A stretch of 64,000 bases of DNA. Source: a virus. The notes beneath the pieces were generated by a model. The model ran no database searches and was not told the origin of the DNA. It was given only the letters and a program-made list of their open reading frames with translations. Where the stretch lies: the IMG/VR virus record IMGVR_UViG_3300042553_000685. One strand, given 5' to 3'. Shown piece after piece: positions 51,952 through 62,433 of the stretch (position 1 is its first letter; each line of letters opens with the position of its first letter). Made by a program: the position numbers and the translations under genes.

Positions 51952-54339
51952 ATGGAATTATGTAAGGATCTAGACACTGTTAACACTAATGTAAGTCTAG
52001 TTAATTATCAGCTCCCTACCGATGAGGTAGGTGTGCGCCTCTTGATGGAGGTATTGACCTCCCGCATGTATACTAATAAGCTAACGGCTGTCATACGTGA
52101 GATATTCACTAATGCTGTCGATGCTAATGTCGAGGCGGGGCGCCCTAACCATCCCGTTGACATTACATTACCAGCTATAATTCCTCTAGAGCCGCAGTCT
52201 AACCAGCTCATCATTCGTGATTACGGCATCGGTATTAGTCCTGAACGTGCGCCGGGTTTCTTTACATTTATGACTAGCACTAAGCGAGGTGATAATATTC
52301 AGTGCGGCGGATACGGCCTGGGTAGTAAGAGCCCCTATGCTATCGCTAGTCAATTTACAGTCACGACTATCCATGATGGTATAGAGTACATCTATGCCTG
52401 TTCTCTTAATAATGGCATGCCTACTGCTGCCCTATTAAATAGTCGGCCCTCCAATGACAGCAGTGGCACGCGTGTGGCCATTCCTATCGTAGAACAACAC
52501 AACCGTCGTCAGTGTTATAATGAGGTTATGAGTATAGTAATGTGGTCCCGCGCCGTTACTAATATCTATAATCCTGAGGATACGGGAGAGGAGACTACTC
52601 GTCGCCTATTGGATTATCGTAATGATTATGACTACGAATATGGCGCTCCCGGCCCCTTTATTAGTAAGTCCTTTTGTAAACGTAGATACACACTGCTGTG
52701 CTTTACTATCGGCGGTATACCTTACACTATTTCAGATAGTAAGGTATTTGATACTATTATTACCTATCTAAAAGAACAGGGGTACTCCATAAATCTCTAC
52801 AATATAGATCCTAATTGGGAGCAGACATACAATGTTGTTGATTCTATCATCATTCCAGTACCCATAGGTTATCTGGAGCTGCCCCCACAACGCGAGACCC
52901 TCGCGTGGTCAGAGTCTAATATTGAGAAGCTGAAGGAGTTATCTCTTAATGCTATCAAAGGTCTAGTTGACAGAAGACAGGCAGAAATAGAAGCGTGCGA
53001 TTCGTTAACCAAAGCAACTGGTGTCATAAACAAGTGGTATCTGGGTGATAAGTACTTTACATGGAGAGGTACACGCTACTGTAATGTTAAAATTAACGTT
53101 ATGGATGAACCAGCAGGGCCAGTTGACAATACTATACTACCTCTTAACTTTATAGTAAAGAGTAGTAGAAATCTGCGGTTAATAGGCTGTTCTGAAGACA
53201 TGAACGAGGGAAAATGGTATAATACGTATCGTGTGCTTCGTAATATACGCCGTTATAATTCGCGAGTGCCAGGAAGCCTAAATGCTGGTACTTGTGTTGT
53301 ATGTAAAACAGATAATGTTATAGAAAGTATGGCGTATAGCATTACTTTGGAAGACATACAAAGGGTAGCGGTAGTTGTAACTCGCGGACACTATAATGCT
53401 AGAAGTATTCGCGCTACTACTGGTATACCAAATTATACACCTATCTTATGGATAGACGTAACTGAGTGTGAGGATTGGGCTGATATATTATCTAATACAG
53501 ACTTAGAAGAGCGGGCCCACACCACGTGGCCCTATATACGATTCTTCCAGAGTGTAACAGGCCTAATTAAACCTATTAAACCTTTAAAGCTGAGAAAGCA
53601 GGATCAGGATCAGGATCAGGAGCAAGAGAGACAGAAGGTCGATTCTTTACGAGTAAGCGACCTGCGCGGTATTCGCATAGTTAATAAATCGTATATCTCC
53701 CGTTATGCTAAGGATATATACAATCACTTGTCTGTAGTTGACTATCGTGATCTACCGACTAAGGCGGTGTACTGTGTTAGTCATACACATTGTGGTGTAT
53801 ATACTTACTGGAATTATGCTGATGATAGTAGTGATCTATATTATCTGACACCTAGACAGGCTGAGATTATTGCTGTTCATTATCCCGAGTGGCGCGATAT
53901 AGACACGTGGGCTAGGGATAAACACGATGAACTAGCTGCAAAATATGGGGCTGATAACCTATATCTATCGCGCACTACTGCTTGGCTACTATCTGATATC
54001 CAGACATTTATAAGAACCTATCCCTATCCTGAACACTTCAATAAGAATGTCCGGGCTCTAATAGATGATGGCTACTGGATGTTTATGCAGCATTTAATAG
54101 ACAATGGTCTAATAGCTGCAGATGGTGATGCAATAAAAAGACTTTATGAATCTGCTGGCAGTAATAGATGTATAGTATGGCTTAAATACCTACTAGGTGA
54201 TTATTATGATGCCTGTGCATTTCTAGAGTACGCTAAAAGCCAAGTAGTAGATACTATAATGCCCTTAATTAGTGCTTACTACAAGGTGCAGAGCAATAGC
54301 TTGGGAGGGCCTAGTCCGTTGGACCAAGTTGTTGCCTAA
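51952..54339 (+). CDS. rIIA: GHKL-ATPase domain protein, rIIA-like
   Basis: N-box IREIFTNAVDA, G1 IRDYGIGIS, G2 GGYGLGSKS; about 800 aa and followed by an rIIB-like ORF; start set after the terminator. Confidence 0.6.
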   Translation: MELCKDLDTVNTNVSLVNYQLPTDEVGVRLLMEVLTSRMYTNKLTAVIREIFTNAVDANVEAGRPNHPVDITLPAIIPLEPQSNQLIIRDYGIGISPERAPGFFTFMTSTKRGDNIQCGGYGLGSKSPYAIASQFTVTTIHDGIEYIYACSLNNGMPTAALLNSRPSNDSSGTRVAIPIVEQHNRRQCYNEVMSIVMWSRAVTNIYNPEDTGEETTRRLLDYRNDYDYEYGAPGPFISKSFCKRRYTLLCFTIGGIPYTISDSKVFDTIITYLKEQGYSINLYNIDPNWEQTYNVVDSIIIPVPIGYLELPPQRETLAWSESNIEKLKELSLNAIKGLVDRRQAEIEACDSLTKATGVINKWYLGDKYFTWRGTRYCNVKINVMDEPAGPVDNTILPLNFIVKSSRNLRLIGCSEDMNEGKWYNTYRVLRNIRRYNSRVPGSLNAGTCVVCKTDNVIESMAYSITLEDIQRVAVVVTRGHYNARSIRATTGIPNYTPILWIDVTECEDWADILSNTDLEERAHTTWPYIRFFQSVTGLIKPIKPLKLRKQDQDQDQEQERQKVDSLRVSDLRGIRIVNKSYISRYAKDIYNHLSVVDYRDLPTKAVYCVSHTHCGVYTYWNYADDSSDLYYLTPRQAEIIAVHYPEWRDIDTWARDKHDELAAKYGADNLYLSRTTAWLLSDIQTFIRTYPYPEHFNKNVRALIDDGYWMFMQHLIDNGLIAADGDAIKRLYESAGSNRCIVWLKYLLGDYYDACAFLEYAKSQVVDTIMPLISAYYKVQSNSLGGPSPLDQVVA

Positions 54340-54367
54340 CTCAATATAAACTAAGTGGAGATTCCTA

Positions 54368-55183
54368 ATGTTTAATTATGTACAGTTGAGTGATAGCCTA
54401 TCCTTTTTCGATGGGGATAGCGCTATTACTATCGACAAACCCACCTACCCTACACTGTTTAATCAGTTATCTGGTGCACTAGCGCGCAATACTGACTTTG
54501 AATTTGATAGCCACCCACTACAAAGCGCTACTGACTATAGTGTTACGTGGCGAAATAACGCGTATTACTACAAGAATATGCGTCTAACACCAAGTATGAG
54601 TCAACGCCTTAGTCAGCTCATTGACCAGGGGTACGACTATACCCCTATCCTTAATTTTCTGACTAAGTTGCAATCAGTCGACCAGAATATTACCGCAGAT
54701 CTACAACATCTAGTGGCTAGTAAGGAGGTAGCCCTTACCTACGATGGTAACATCGTGCTTTATAAGCGCGCGTCCTGGAATAATAATGGCCAGTGGCATA
54801 GTGTAGTGACGCCTGGTACTGTGGTTACACAGAATGACGAACCTTTGCGTCTAGGTAGTCTGGACTGGATTATTTCGCTGTGCCCAGATCAGGGTGTTAT
54901 GTCCGACGTGGAAGTACAGCCTCAGCACGTACTGTCGATTGACTACGGTACAGTGAAGGTGTCAGAATATCGCTTCCTCAGTTATGTCGAAGAAGGCTAC
55001 CGTGAAATGGATAAGATCCACTTAGTTCATACTCTAACTAACTCACTGGGCAATGAAATCCTAGTACGCCTACCCTACACAGAAGATAACTTACAGCACT
55101 ACCTGATGCAAATGATTCACAATCGCGTGTCCGTTGCAGAACCTGTAGTGCGTGAGTTCCAGAGCGTAGGCGTGAGTTGTTAG
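54368..55183 (+). CDS. rIIB: rIIB-like protein
   Basis: From memory of T4 rIIB: YYKNMRLTPSMSQRLSQLIDQGYDYTPILNFLTKL parallels FYQNIELRSGLVDRILDSMEKGENFEFYFPFLENL; synteny with the rIIA-like gene. Confidence 0.5.
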   Translation: MFNYVQLSDSLSFFDGDSAITIDKPTYPTLFNQLSGALARNTDFEFDSHPLQSATDYSVTWRNNAYYYKNMRLTPSMSQRLSQLIDQGYDYTPILNFLTKLQSVDQNITADLQHLVASKEVALTYDGNIVLYKRASWNNNGQWHSVVTPGTVVTQNDEPLRLGSLDWIISLCPDQGVMSDVEVQPQHVLSIDYGTVKVSEYRFLSYVEEGYREMDKIHLVHTLTNSLGNEILVRLPYTEDNLQHYLMQMIHNRVSVAEPVVREFQSVGVSC

Positions 55184-55240
55184 TCCTACACTTAGGGGTC
55201 TGCCGCATGACTTGATAGTGGTTGTCTTGAAACCATTATC

Positions 55241-55912
55241 ATGCGAAGAAACAACGCAGGCCCCGTCTTCCGTACGCATACTCTCATTCGCCCAGCTACA
55301 GAAAACCAGCGCGCATTTGTTAAGAACATCAAGCGCAATACAATAACCATAGCCGATGGGGTGCCAGGATGCGGTAAGACGCTACTTGCACTTCATACTG
55401 CTATTGCTATGATTAATGCGCCTGAGAATGGGCTAGAGAGAATTATATACGTACGTCCTAATGTTGGTGTTAAGGATGAGCGTGATGTCGGCTATCTCAA
55501 GGGCTCTCTACTAGAGAAGATATGGCCCCTCGCAGCGCCTGTGCTGGATAATCTAATAACCTTCATGAGTGAAGGGGATGCTAAGGCCGCTATCGAGAAT
55601 GAGCATATTATTCCTACAGTAGTTAGCCTCATTCGGGGCCGCTCCTTTCGTAACTCGCTAATCATAGTAGATGAGGCCCAGAACATATCTATCAATGGGC
55701 TCAAGGCAGTATTAACTCGTGTTGCTGAGAACAGTAAGGTAGTAGTAATAGGTGATTTGGGACAGGCTGATTTAGGAGAGCTTAGCGCACCTAATGGTCT
55801 AGCTGATGCGTTACATAGATTTGTGGGCCTTGATGACGTAGCTATAACACGCTTCGAACCAGAGGATATTCAACGTCATGCCATTATCCAACACGTCCTA
55901 TCGCGTTATTAA
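55241..55912 (+). CDS. phoH: PhoH-like ATPase
   Basis: Walker A GVPGCGKTLLAL, RGRSFRNSLIIVDEAQN Walker B context typical of PhoH. Confidence 0.85.
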   Translation: MRRNNAGPVFRTHTLIRPATENQRAFVKNIKRNTITIADGVPGCGKTLLALHTAIAMINAPENGLERIIYVRPNVGVKDERDVGYLKGSLLEKIWPLAAPVLDNLITFMSEGDAKAAIENEHIIPTVVSLIRGRSFRNSLIIVDEAQNISINGLKAVLTRVAENSKVVVIGDLGQADLGELSAPNGLADALHRFVGLDDVAITRFEPEDIQRHAIIQHVLSRY

Positions 55913-55914
55913 CT

Positions 55915-56124
55915 ATGCCTCGCATTTCTGATACTACTCTTGCATTCTACCTAGCATTAATTTGCGCTTCATGCTCTTTATTTCTTGCTGTTTTTAGTAC
56001 TTATCGTCCTATTAGTCCAGAGCAGGCACAGGGTATCGAAATGGCAATGAACATATTTCGTGATCTCGCCGCAGCCTCCATGGGAGCCTTCGGTATGGGT
56101 AAATATCGAGATAGTTCACACTAG
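55915..56124 (+). CDS. small membrane protein
   Basis: 69-aa ORF, TM segment LAFYLALICASCSLFLAVF. Confidence 0.4.
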   Translation: MPRISDTTLAFYLALICASCSLFLAVFSTYRPISPEQAQGIEMAMNIFRDLAAASMGAFGMGKYRDSSH

Positions 56125-56152
56125 ATATAATCCTTATTCTTACTTATTACCT

Positions 56153-56176
56153 GACCTGTCTAAACAGGTCTTTTTT
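56153..56176 (+). terminator. rho-independent terminator
   Basis: gacctgt ctaa acaggtc followed by tttttt. Confidence 0.7.
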
Positions 56177-56824
56177 ATGAAAACATTCGTTACCGCAGAC
56201 CGTTATCTCCCTACTAAGAATAATAGTCGGGATGGTGGGTATGATCTTAAGGCCCGCGTCACAGAAGAGTATAAGTTCGTAGCTGAGAGTCTCCTGAAGA
56301 ACCTATCATTACAGAAAGTATTGTTAGAGTCTGAGTGTAATCTATTCGTTAATGGGAGTCTCGTAGAGCATGACCATATAAAAGATACACTAGAGACATG
56401 CATACTCGATGAGAAGGGCTTCTACGTCCTGCTGCCAGGTCAATCTGTCCCTGTCCATACAGGCTTCTATGTAACCTCGTCTGGTTTACCTGAAGAAACT
56501 CAAGATAAGTTAGTGGAGATGGGTATAGGTCGCCTAGTGCGTATTGGTCGTATCCAGCCCCGCTCAGGATTAGCTAAGCATGGTATTAGTGTAGCTAATA
56601 CGCCGGGCCTCGATGATATGGAGACATACGTAGGGGAGATCCTAGTGCTACTAGAGAATAAAGGTTACGATGTGCACCTATTCGGTGATGGGGCCCGTAT
56701 TGCCCAATTCACATTCGAACTGGTAGCTGATATGGGGGACTTATCTAATTATCTCGTACGAGATGAAGTTGACTTAGGTGCTACTGCGCGGGGCCCCCGC
56801 GGCTTCGGCTCGAGTGGTGTATGA
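56177..56824 (+). CDS. dut: dUTPase (with insertion)
   Basis: DGGYDLKA (motif 2-like), RIAQ (motif 4), C-terminal RGPRGFGSSG (motif 5); start ATG 56177 directly after the terminator. Confidence 0.75.
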   Translation: MKTFVTADRYLPTKNNSRDGGYDLKARVTEEYKFVAESLLKNLSLQKVLLESECNLFVNGSLVEHDHIKDTLETCILDEKGFYVLLPGQSVPVHTGFYVTSSGLPEETQDKLVEMGIGRLVRIGRIQPRSGLAKHGISVANTPGLDDMETYVGEILVLLENKGYDVHLFGDGARIAQFTFELVADMGDLSNYLVRDEVDLGATARGPRGFGSSGV

Positions 56825-58095
56825 GAGTTAATACTGATCTAATTGACCTAGAGTATATCACTACTCGAGAGGAGCTAGATGCACTACTACTAGAATTAGA
56901 GGGCCGCCCTCTACTCGCTATGGACTATGAAACCTATGCAGATGTAGAGACGTGGGGGCCCCAAGCTAGTGCACTAGATCCCCATACGTTAGTAGCCCGC
57001 CTGCTACAAATTAACTGGCCTGGTAATGCAATACCGTATGTGATTGATCTCCACGCCCTAGACTGGCCCACTGAGATACGGGATATATGGCTTGATAGTA
57101 GTGTCAGGAAGGTATGTTTCAACGCACGCTTCGAAGCCCTAGTAACGCAAGCTACGTGGGGCGTATGGCCTGATAATATATACTGCGCTATGGTGCTATT
57201 TCAGCAGATAGGCGCTGCTACTGGATTCAAGGCGGGCCGTACTAGAGGCTATTCTTATGGTAGTCTAGTACGTGATATACTAGATACTCCTCTGAATAAG
57301 GAACTCGCTAGTAGTGACTGGTCAGGTGAGTTAACACCCGCTCAATTACAGTACGCCGCTCTAGATGTAGGGGCCCCTCGTAATTCTAATTACACTAGCC
57401 TCCTGCTAGAGGCCTATGCTCTACTACGCAATGAGTTACTCTATACCTATGAGATGCCCCAAGTAGAAGATATAGACCAGGCTGCCTTTATGGAGATAGC
57501 GCGCATGGAATGGAATGGATTGCCCATTAACATGAATGTCATGCGTAGCTTTCTGAGTACAGCTCAATCAGAGCTAGATAGTTATAAGCTGCGTATGAGT
57601 GCTCACTTCGACTTCAGTGTAGATCAGGTAGTCGATTGGAACTCGGGGGCCCCTCAGGTGACTCTAGTAGTACCTGATAAGATAACGGTCCTATTGAACA
57701 ACCCCACTGCCTTAGTGAGTCGTATCCAGAAGCTCCTACCCGTTGAGCTAGATAACCTGCAGCAGAAGACACTAGAAACAGTGCTGCGAGAACTAGATAG
57801 CGAGGATGATGAGGATGGCGCTACTAGTGAAGAGGGTATACGCGACCTGGGTATTCAGGTTATATCAGATCTACTGCGATATAAGAAGCTGACCAAGATG
57901 GTTAGTACTAACTGGGCGGCCCTGATTAACCCGCGCACAGGTAATGTCCACGCCCGTTACCAGACCATCGGCACCAGTACAGGCCGTATGAGTAGTTCTA
58001 GTAGCGGAGATACTAATAAATTCAATGCACAACAGATTAGTAATGTTGAGCTGATAGTAGATATAGAGGAGGATAGTTTGTTTGAAGACAATTAG
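56821..58095 (+). CDS. polA: family A DNA polymerase, N-terminal part (3'-5' exonuclease + thumb/fingers start)
   Basis: Exo I AMDYET, Exo II FNARFE, Exo III YAALDV; TSTGRMSSS...NAQQIS corresponds to TGRLSS..PNLQNIP. Confidence 0.85.
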   Translation: MRVNTDLIDLEYITTREELDALLLELEGRPLLAMDYETYADVETWGPQASALDPHTLVARLLQINWPGNAIPYVIDLHALDWPTEIRDIWLDSSVRKVCFNARFEALVTQATWGVWPDNIYCAMVLFQQIGAATGFKAGRTRGYSYGSLVRDILDTPLNKELASSDWSGELTPAQLQYAALDVGAPRNSNYTSLLLEAYALLRNELLYTYEMPQVEDIDQAAFMEIARMEWNGLPINMNVMRSFLSTAQSELDSYKLRMSAHFDFSVDQVVDWNSGAPQVTLVVPDKITVLLNNPTALVSRIQKLLPVELDNLQQKTLETVLRELDSEDDEDGATSEEGIRDLGIQVISDLLRYKKLTKMVSTNWAALINPRTGNVHARYQTIGTSTGRMSSSSSGDTNKFNAQQISNVELIVDIEEDSLFEDN

Positions 58096-58214
58096 TAATA
58101 AACGATTACGCGGTATACTAGCCAACCGTTATCCCTCTGAGAAGGATACGGCATTATTATATGATGTTAATACTGGTAGGGTTAGAGTAATAGACCTCAG
58201 TCAATATAGAGGAC

Positions 58215-59177
58215 ATGACGAAAATAAAGATGAATAGTCGCTTTGCTCTACAGGCCCCACCAGGCTATGCATGGGTAAGCGTAGACTTCTCGAGTCAAGA
58301 GTTAAGATTGGCGGGGGCCTTCAGTAAGGATTCTGCTATTACAGAGATTTACGTACTCGAAGATGAGTATCATAGAGGTATACGTCCCCTCCCTCTATCG
58401 CCTGAGGGTCTAGCCTATACTGACCCCAAGGTAGATCAGCACCTAGTCGCCAGTACGTTCCTGAATAAGGATATAGAGCGGCGCATGGTAAACGAGCCCT
58501 GGACTGTGAGTGCAGATGATCCTGTCATCTCACCCTGGCGAAAGAAGGGTAAGATTATGAACTTCAAGGTGATATATGGTGGTAGCGCTAGTAGTTTAGC
58601 AGCAGACCTCAACTGTGATGACAAGGAGGCAGGTCGTCTACTCAAGCAATACTTCACAGGTTTCCATGGCCTCTATACCTGGATTGAGATTACGGGGAGC
58701 CTATGTTCTCGTACTCGATGGGTTCGTAGCGCTATGGGCCGCTTCATCAATGTCAATGAGGATAATGCTAAGGGTATAGCTGGTAAGAGTACTACGCGGC
58801 GAAAGGCAGTTAATTCTGTTATCCAGAGCTCAGGTAGTGAGATGCTGAAGATCTCACTACCGCGAGTAAGACAGGCCATAGAGACTATAGATGCAGGAGA
58901 ACGGCGGGCTAGTATTATCAACGCTACTCACGATGAAATTAATCTACTAGTGCCGGGCTATGTGGCATGGCAAGTAGATAACTCTCGAGTAGTACCTATC
59001 CTGGATCAGGACTACTATACTGGTCCGCAGCTCGATGAGTTTATGCTGGCACAACGTTACGCCGCTGCTGCATTACATCAGATGGAGAGCGCAGGTAACT
59101 ATATACTTAAGGATGTGCTAAACTCCGATATACCATGTCGGGCTAAGCCAAATATACACCGCTATTGGTCACATTAA
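58215..59177 (+). CDS. polA: family A DNA polymerase, C-terminal part (motifs A, B, C)
   Basis: Motif A VSVDFSSQELRLAG, motif B RKKGKIMNFKVIYGG, motif C THDEINLLV. Confidence 0.85.
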   Translation: MTKIKMNSRFALQAPPGYAWVSVDFSSQELRLAGAFSKDSAITEIYVLEDEYHRGIRPLPLSPEGLAYTDPKVDQHLVASTFLNKDIERRMVNEPWTVSADDPVISPWRKKGKIMNFKVIYGGSASSLAADLNCDDKEAGRLLKQYFTGFHGLYTWIEITGSLCSRTRWVRSAMGRFINVNEDNAKGIAGKSTTRRKAVNSVIQSSGSEMLKISLPRVRQAIETIDAGERRASIINATHDEINLLVPGYVAWQVDNSRVVPILDQDYYTGPQLDEFMLAQRYAAAALHQMESAGNYILKDVLNSDIPCRAKPNIHRYWSH

Positions 59178-59731
59178 TGGATAAAATATTACGATTACTG
59201 AGGCTATATAACCCCATGAAAGCCATCGAGGCTTCATTAAGTAACTTCCCACTAACAGACGATTTTGCTCAGCAGGTAGCCATTAATGATAGGAGTTATC
59301 TGGATATCGTAGGTGATACCGGTATAGGTGAGTTTCGTTACGAATGGGTACAGTTTAACCCAATGAGTCATGCGGATATGTTGGTTATGTCTGACCATAT
59401 GGCCCTAGTGCTGGACTTTGGTTATCTCTATGCTTATACAAAACATGACCCAAATGATGTAGCTATAGTGTTAGAGTACAGGGCCGCCTTTAACTACGCT
59501 ACGTTAAATAAGGAGAAGATGGATAAGTTCCTAAGTCGAGTGTGGCGTGCTGTGCATATACTCAATAGCTATACTGAAAGCTACGCAAAGGATAAGAGAA
59601 GAGAGGCCATAGAAGCTCTAATCAATCAGGGCATTACCCTCGACGGTGATAATATGGATATCATGGACTTCTCTTCATTCAATATAGATCCTGATGACGA
59701 CGGCAATGACAGTATCGGTAGCTCAATTTAA
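59177..59731 (+). CDS. hypothetical protein
   Basis: ATG overlapping the polA stop (TAATG). Confidence 0.45.
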   Translation: MDKILRLLRLYNPMKAIEASLSNFPLTDDFAQQVAINDRSYLDIVGDTGIGEFRYEWVQFNPMSHADMLVMSDHMALVLDFGYLYAYTKHDPNDVAIVLEYRAAFNYATLNKEKMDKFLSRVWRAVHILNSYTESYAKDKRREAIEALINQGITLDGDNMDIMDFSSFNIDPDDDGNDSIGSSI

Positions 59732-60791
59732 TGTACCTCAGTACGTAGCCGCATTAAAGGCAGTAGTGTCCTGCCTAGATAAAGACAGCCCGCGAGCTGA
59801 CGCATCTTGTGTGCGTATGACTATAAGTAAAGGACAAATGCAACTGAGTGGTAATCACCTGGGCTCTCATAGCCTAGTACTCAAACTACCAGTGCAGGCA
59901 GATGATGCAGATATCCTAGTACCTGGCGGGCCCCTCCTTAATCTAACTTGTCGTATGGGTACACCTACCTCGCTTGTTATTGATATAGAAGAGGATAAGA
60001 TAGTCTATAGACTAGGTGCGTATGGTACTAACTCTACTCCTATCTATAGTGGCTCCCCTGCTACTCCTGTGGTACTAGAGAGTGAGGGCATACTAGAGAG
60101 TAATCTGATAGCCGGGGCTATGCGACTCATAACTGACTATAAGAGTAAGGAGAATTACATACGTCTGGATATCACGCCTGATGGCTGTTCTCTTACCCGT
60201 CGTGTAGCAGCTAGTGCTTATGTACAGGTATCGTGGGCTGATAACCCAATTGCTCGTTGGTCTGCTAACCTGACCTCCCGTCAGCTTCAATTAGTATCTT
60301 ATCTAGAGAGTCCCCTCACCTTATCAGTAGGCCGCACTCCTCGTCGACTAATATTAGATAGCGCGCGGGGCTCCCTCACTATACTCACCGGTAAGGAAGC
60401 AGATAAGATACCCCACTTCGATAGAGCACCTGATGCTGAGTTCCGTGCATCAACTACAGTTGATACTCGATTACTATTGGGTGCTATCAATTGGCAGAGT
60501 ACAGGAACCAGTGTGGGGCAGGCTATACAACTGCACTTCACTACTAATAATCTATTAGTGCAGGGTGCAGGGGAACCCGCTTCTATACCGTGCACTATTA
60601 CTGGTGAGGCCTCTATTAATCTGCGGGCCTGTGATCTTACAACAGTCCTACGAGGGGAGGGACCTATCCAACTTACTGTTAGAGCCTTTATAATAGGAGA
60701 TAAGACTATATCTATACTTCTCCTAGAGAAGGAGGTTAATAGTTTATCTACTAGGGCTCTACTCACTGAGAATGTTACCGTAGTAAGGTAA
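59694..60791 (+). CDS. possible DnaN-like sliding clamp
   Basis: 365 aa (DnaN size), next to the polymerase; N-terminal pattern resembles the DnaN domain I layout; no search possible. Confidence 0.4.
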   Translation: MTTAMTVSVAQFNVPQYVAALKAVVSCLDKDSPRADASCVRMTISKGQMQLSGNHLGSHSLVLKLPVQADDADILVPGGPLLNLTCRMGTPTSLVIDIEEDKIVYRLGAYGTNSTPIYSGSPATPVVLESEGILESNLIAGAMRLITDYKSKENYIRLDITPDGCSLTRRVAASAYVQVSWADNPIARWSANLTSRQLQLVSYLESPLTLSVGRTPRRLILDSARGSLTILTGKEADKIPHFDRAPDAEFRASTTVDTRLLLGAINWQSTGTSVGQAIQLHFTTNNLLVQGAGEPASIPCTITGEASINLRACDLTTVLRGEGPIQLTVRAFIIGDKTISILLLEKEVNSLSTRALLTENVTVVR

Positions 60792-60886
60792 CAGCCTGGG
60801 TTTCTAGTCAACCCGGTTTAATAAAAACTAGGTTAATGTCAATATCCCCAGTCCGTGGGGTCAGTAAATTCTCGGAGTTATAATCA

Positions 60887-61261
60887 ATGTCTACTATTCC
60901 TACTTTCAATAAATTCGCTCGTCAAGGTGACGTACTTATCAGACGTATTTCAGAAGACAGCATCGACTTATCGAAAGCTACTCGTATTGATAATACTGTC
61001 TTAGCATACGGTGAAGTCACTGGCCATAAACATCAGGTTGTTCCTATTGAAACAGACACTAACAATGCAATCATTGGTGAACATAAGGCTGCTGAACTCT
61101 TCCGTATTGATGACAGTGGTACTCTGTACCTCCGCGTAAATGCTAGTACGGCCCGTCTTCAGCACGAAGAACACGGTCCCATTATCTTTAAGCGGGGGCT
61201 CTACGAAATCGGCATTCAGCAAGAGTATACTCCTTCTGGTTTTCGCTCTGTAGCTGACTAG
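60887..61261 (+). CDS. hypothetical protein
   Basis: 124-aa ORF with ggag RBS. Confidence 0.5.
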   Translation: MSTIPTFNKFARQGDVLIRRISEDSIDLSKATRIDNTVLAYGEVTGHKHQVVPIETDTNNAIIGEHKAAELFRIDDSGTLYLRVNASTARLQHEEHGPIIFKRGLYEIGIQQEYTPSGFRSVAD

Positions 61262-61286
61262 TATTAATTTCTGCAACCTCTACCGT

Positions 61287-61316
61287 GGCCAGCCTAGTGC
61301 TGGCCTTCTATTGTTT
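61287..61316 (+). terminator. terminator candidate
   Basis: ggccagc ctagt gctggcc then ttctattgttt. Confidence 0.5.
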
Positions 61317-61345
61317 ATAGACCATTAACTACAGAGCATAAGAAA

Positions 61346-62431
61346 ATGTCTACCTATCTTGAATTAACTCCAGAACATGAAAAGCTAATCCCTACCTACA
61401 AGGAGCGTTGGATCCGTATGGTGGATCGCCCCTTTGATAAGGCCCTAGCCCGCCAGGCAGTTACTGAACTATATGCCCTACTCAAGAAACACTGTGACTT
61501 AGGAGATCTCGACTGTCCGCGTACTATCTTCACTAGCTCGCCCATCATGGCGGCCAGTATTATTGCTCTTCTCAATAAAGCTGAGGAGGAAGAGCAGAGT
61601 ATTATTAAGGGTAAGAAGACTAAAACTAAATTTACTAAGACTGAACTCACATTAATCAAGGAGTTCTTTAAGCGTAAGCCCGCTACTCCTAAGAACGAGG
61701 CTGTACTCCAGGAACTCGTCGATGCTTACGTTGCAGAGCGGGGCCCCATTGATCCTATTAAGGATAAAGAGTGTAGCAATTATATTGCTAATGGTCACTT
61801 CTCTTACGAGTGTCGTATGAGCTTCGCTGCATTCGCTAACTTCAGCGTCGAGGTACTCGGCGTGACTATGGAGGATTACGATAAGTATATGCTCATTGCT
61901 GAGAACTTATCGTGGGTATACACCTATGAGGAATTATGTATTGTATGTGAGCGGCCCAAGGTACATTATACACTGGACGGCGATATTCATTGTGATGGTA
62001 AGCCCGCGATTAAGTTCTCTGATGGTGTTGAATTATGGTTATGGCACGGTACCCCGCTACCGGCCTTCATGCAGTGTCATAGCTCTACCTGGGATCCCAA
62101 ATGGTTACTTGATGATGAGAAAGGCATGAACTCTGAGCACCGCCGTATCCTCATCGAGGCGTTGGGCTACGAGAATATTCTATCGCGCTTGGATAGTGAG
62201 ATCATTAGCACCTATAATACTACTAGCTACGTAGGTGACGGTAATGAGTATGAATTACACATCATCCGCGGTGACTTCGGTGGCGAGGACGCGCATATTC
62301 TAACCATGCGCTGCCCTAGCACTAATCATTATCATGCAGTACGTGTTGATCCCGCGCACACTTCAGCCCGCGAAGCTGTAATCGAATTCAATAAAGGCAT
62401 AGATCCCGAAAGCTTCGAAATTCAGACTTAA
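61346..62431 (+). CDS. hypothetical protein
   Basis: 361-aa ORF. Confidence 0.5.
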   Translation: MSTYLELTPEHEKLIPTYKERWIRMVDRPFDKALARQAVTELYALLKKHCDLGDLDCPRTIFTSSPIMAASIIALLNKAEEEEQSIIKGKKTKTKFTKTELTLIKEFFKRKPATPKNEAVLQELVDAYVAERGPIDPIKDKECSNYIANGHFSYECRMSFAAFANFSVEVLGVTMEDYDKYMLIAENLSWVYTYEELCIVCERPKVHYTLDGDIHCDGKPAIKFSDGVELWLWHGTPLPAFMQCHSSTWDPKWLLDDEKGMNSEHRRILIEALGYENILSRLDSEIISTYNTTSYVGDGNEYELHIIRGDFGGEDAHILTMRCPSTNHYHAVRVDPAHTSAREAVIEFNKGIDPESFEIQT

Positions 62432-62433
62432 GT

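Noticed and set aside
53596-53625. (CAGGAT)n microsatellite
   Set aside because: It is in frame inside the rIIA-like ORF, encoding a QDQDQDQEQE linker. It was noted only as a possible length-variable site.
56060-56176. Track start of the dUTPase ORF at 56060
   Set aside because: That start would run through the preceding small gene and a strong terminator (56153-56176). An ATG at 56177 follows the terminator directly.
58096-58214. Intron or homing-endonuclease insertion splitting polA
   Set aside because: 119 nt is far too short for a group I or group II intron or an endonuclease ORF. It is treated as a true split or a scar.
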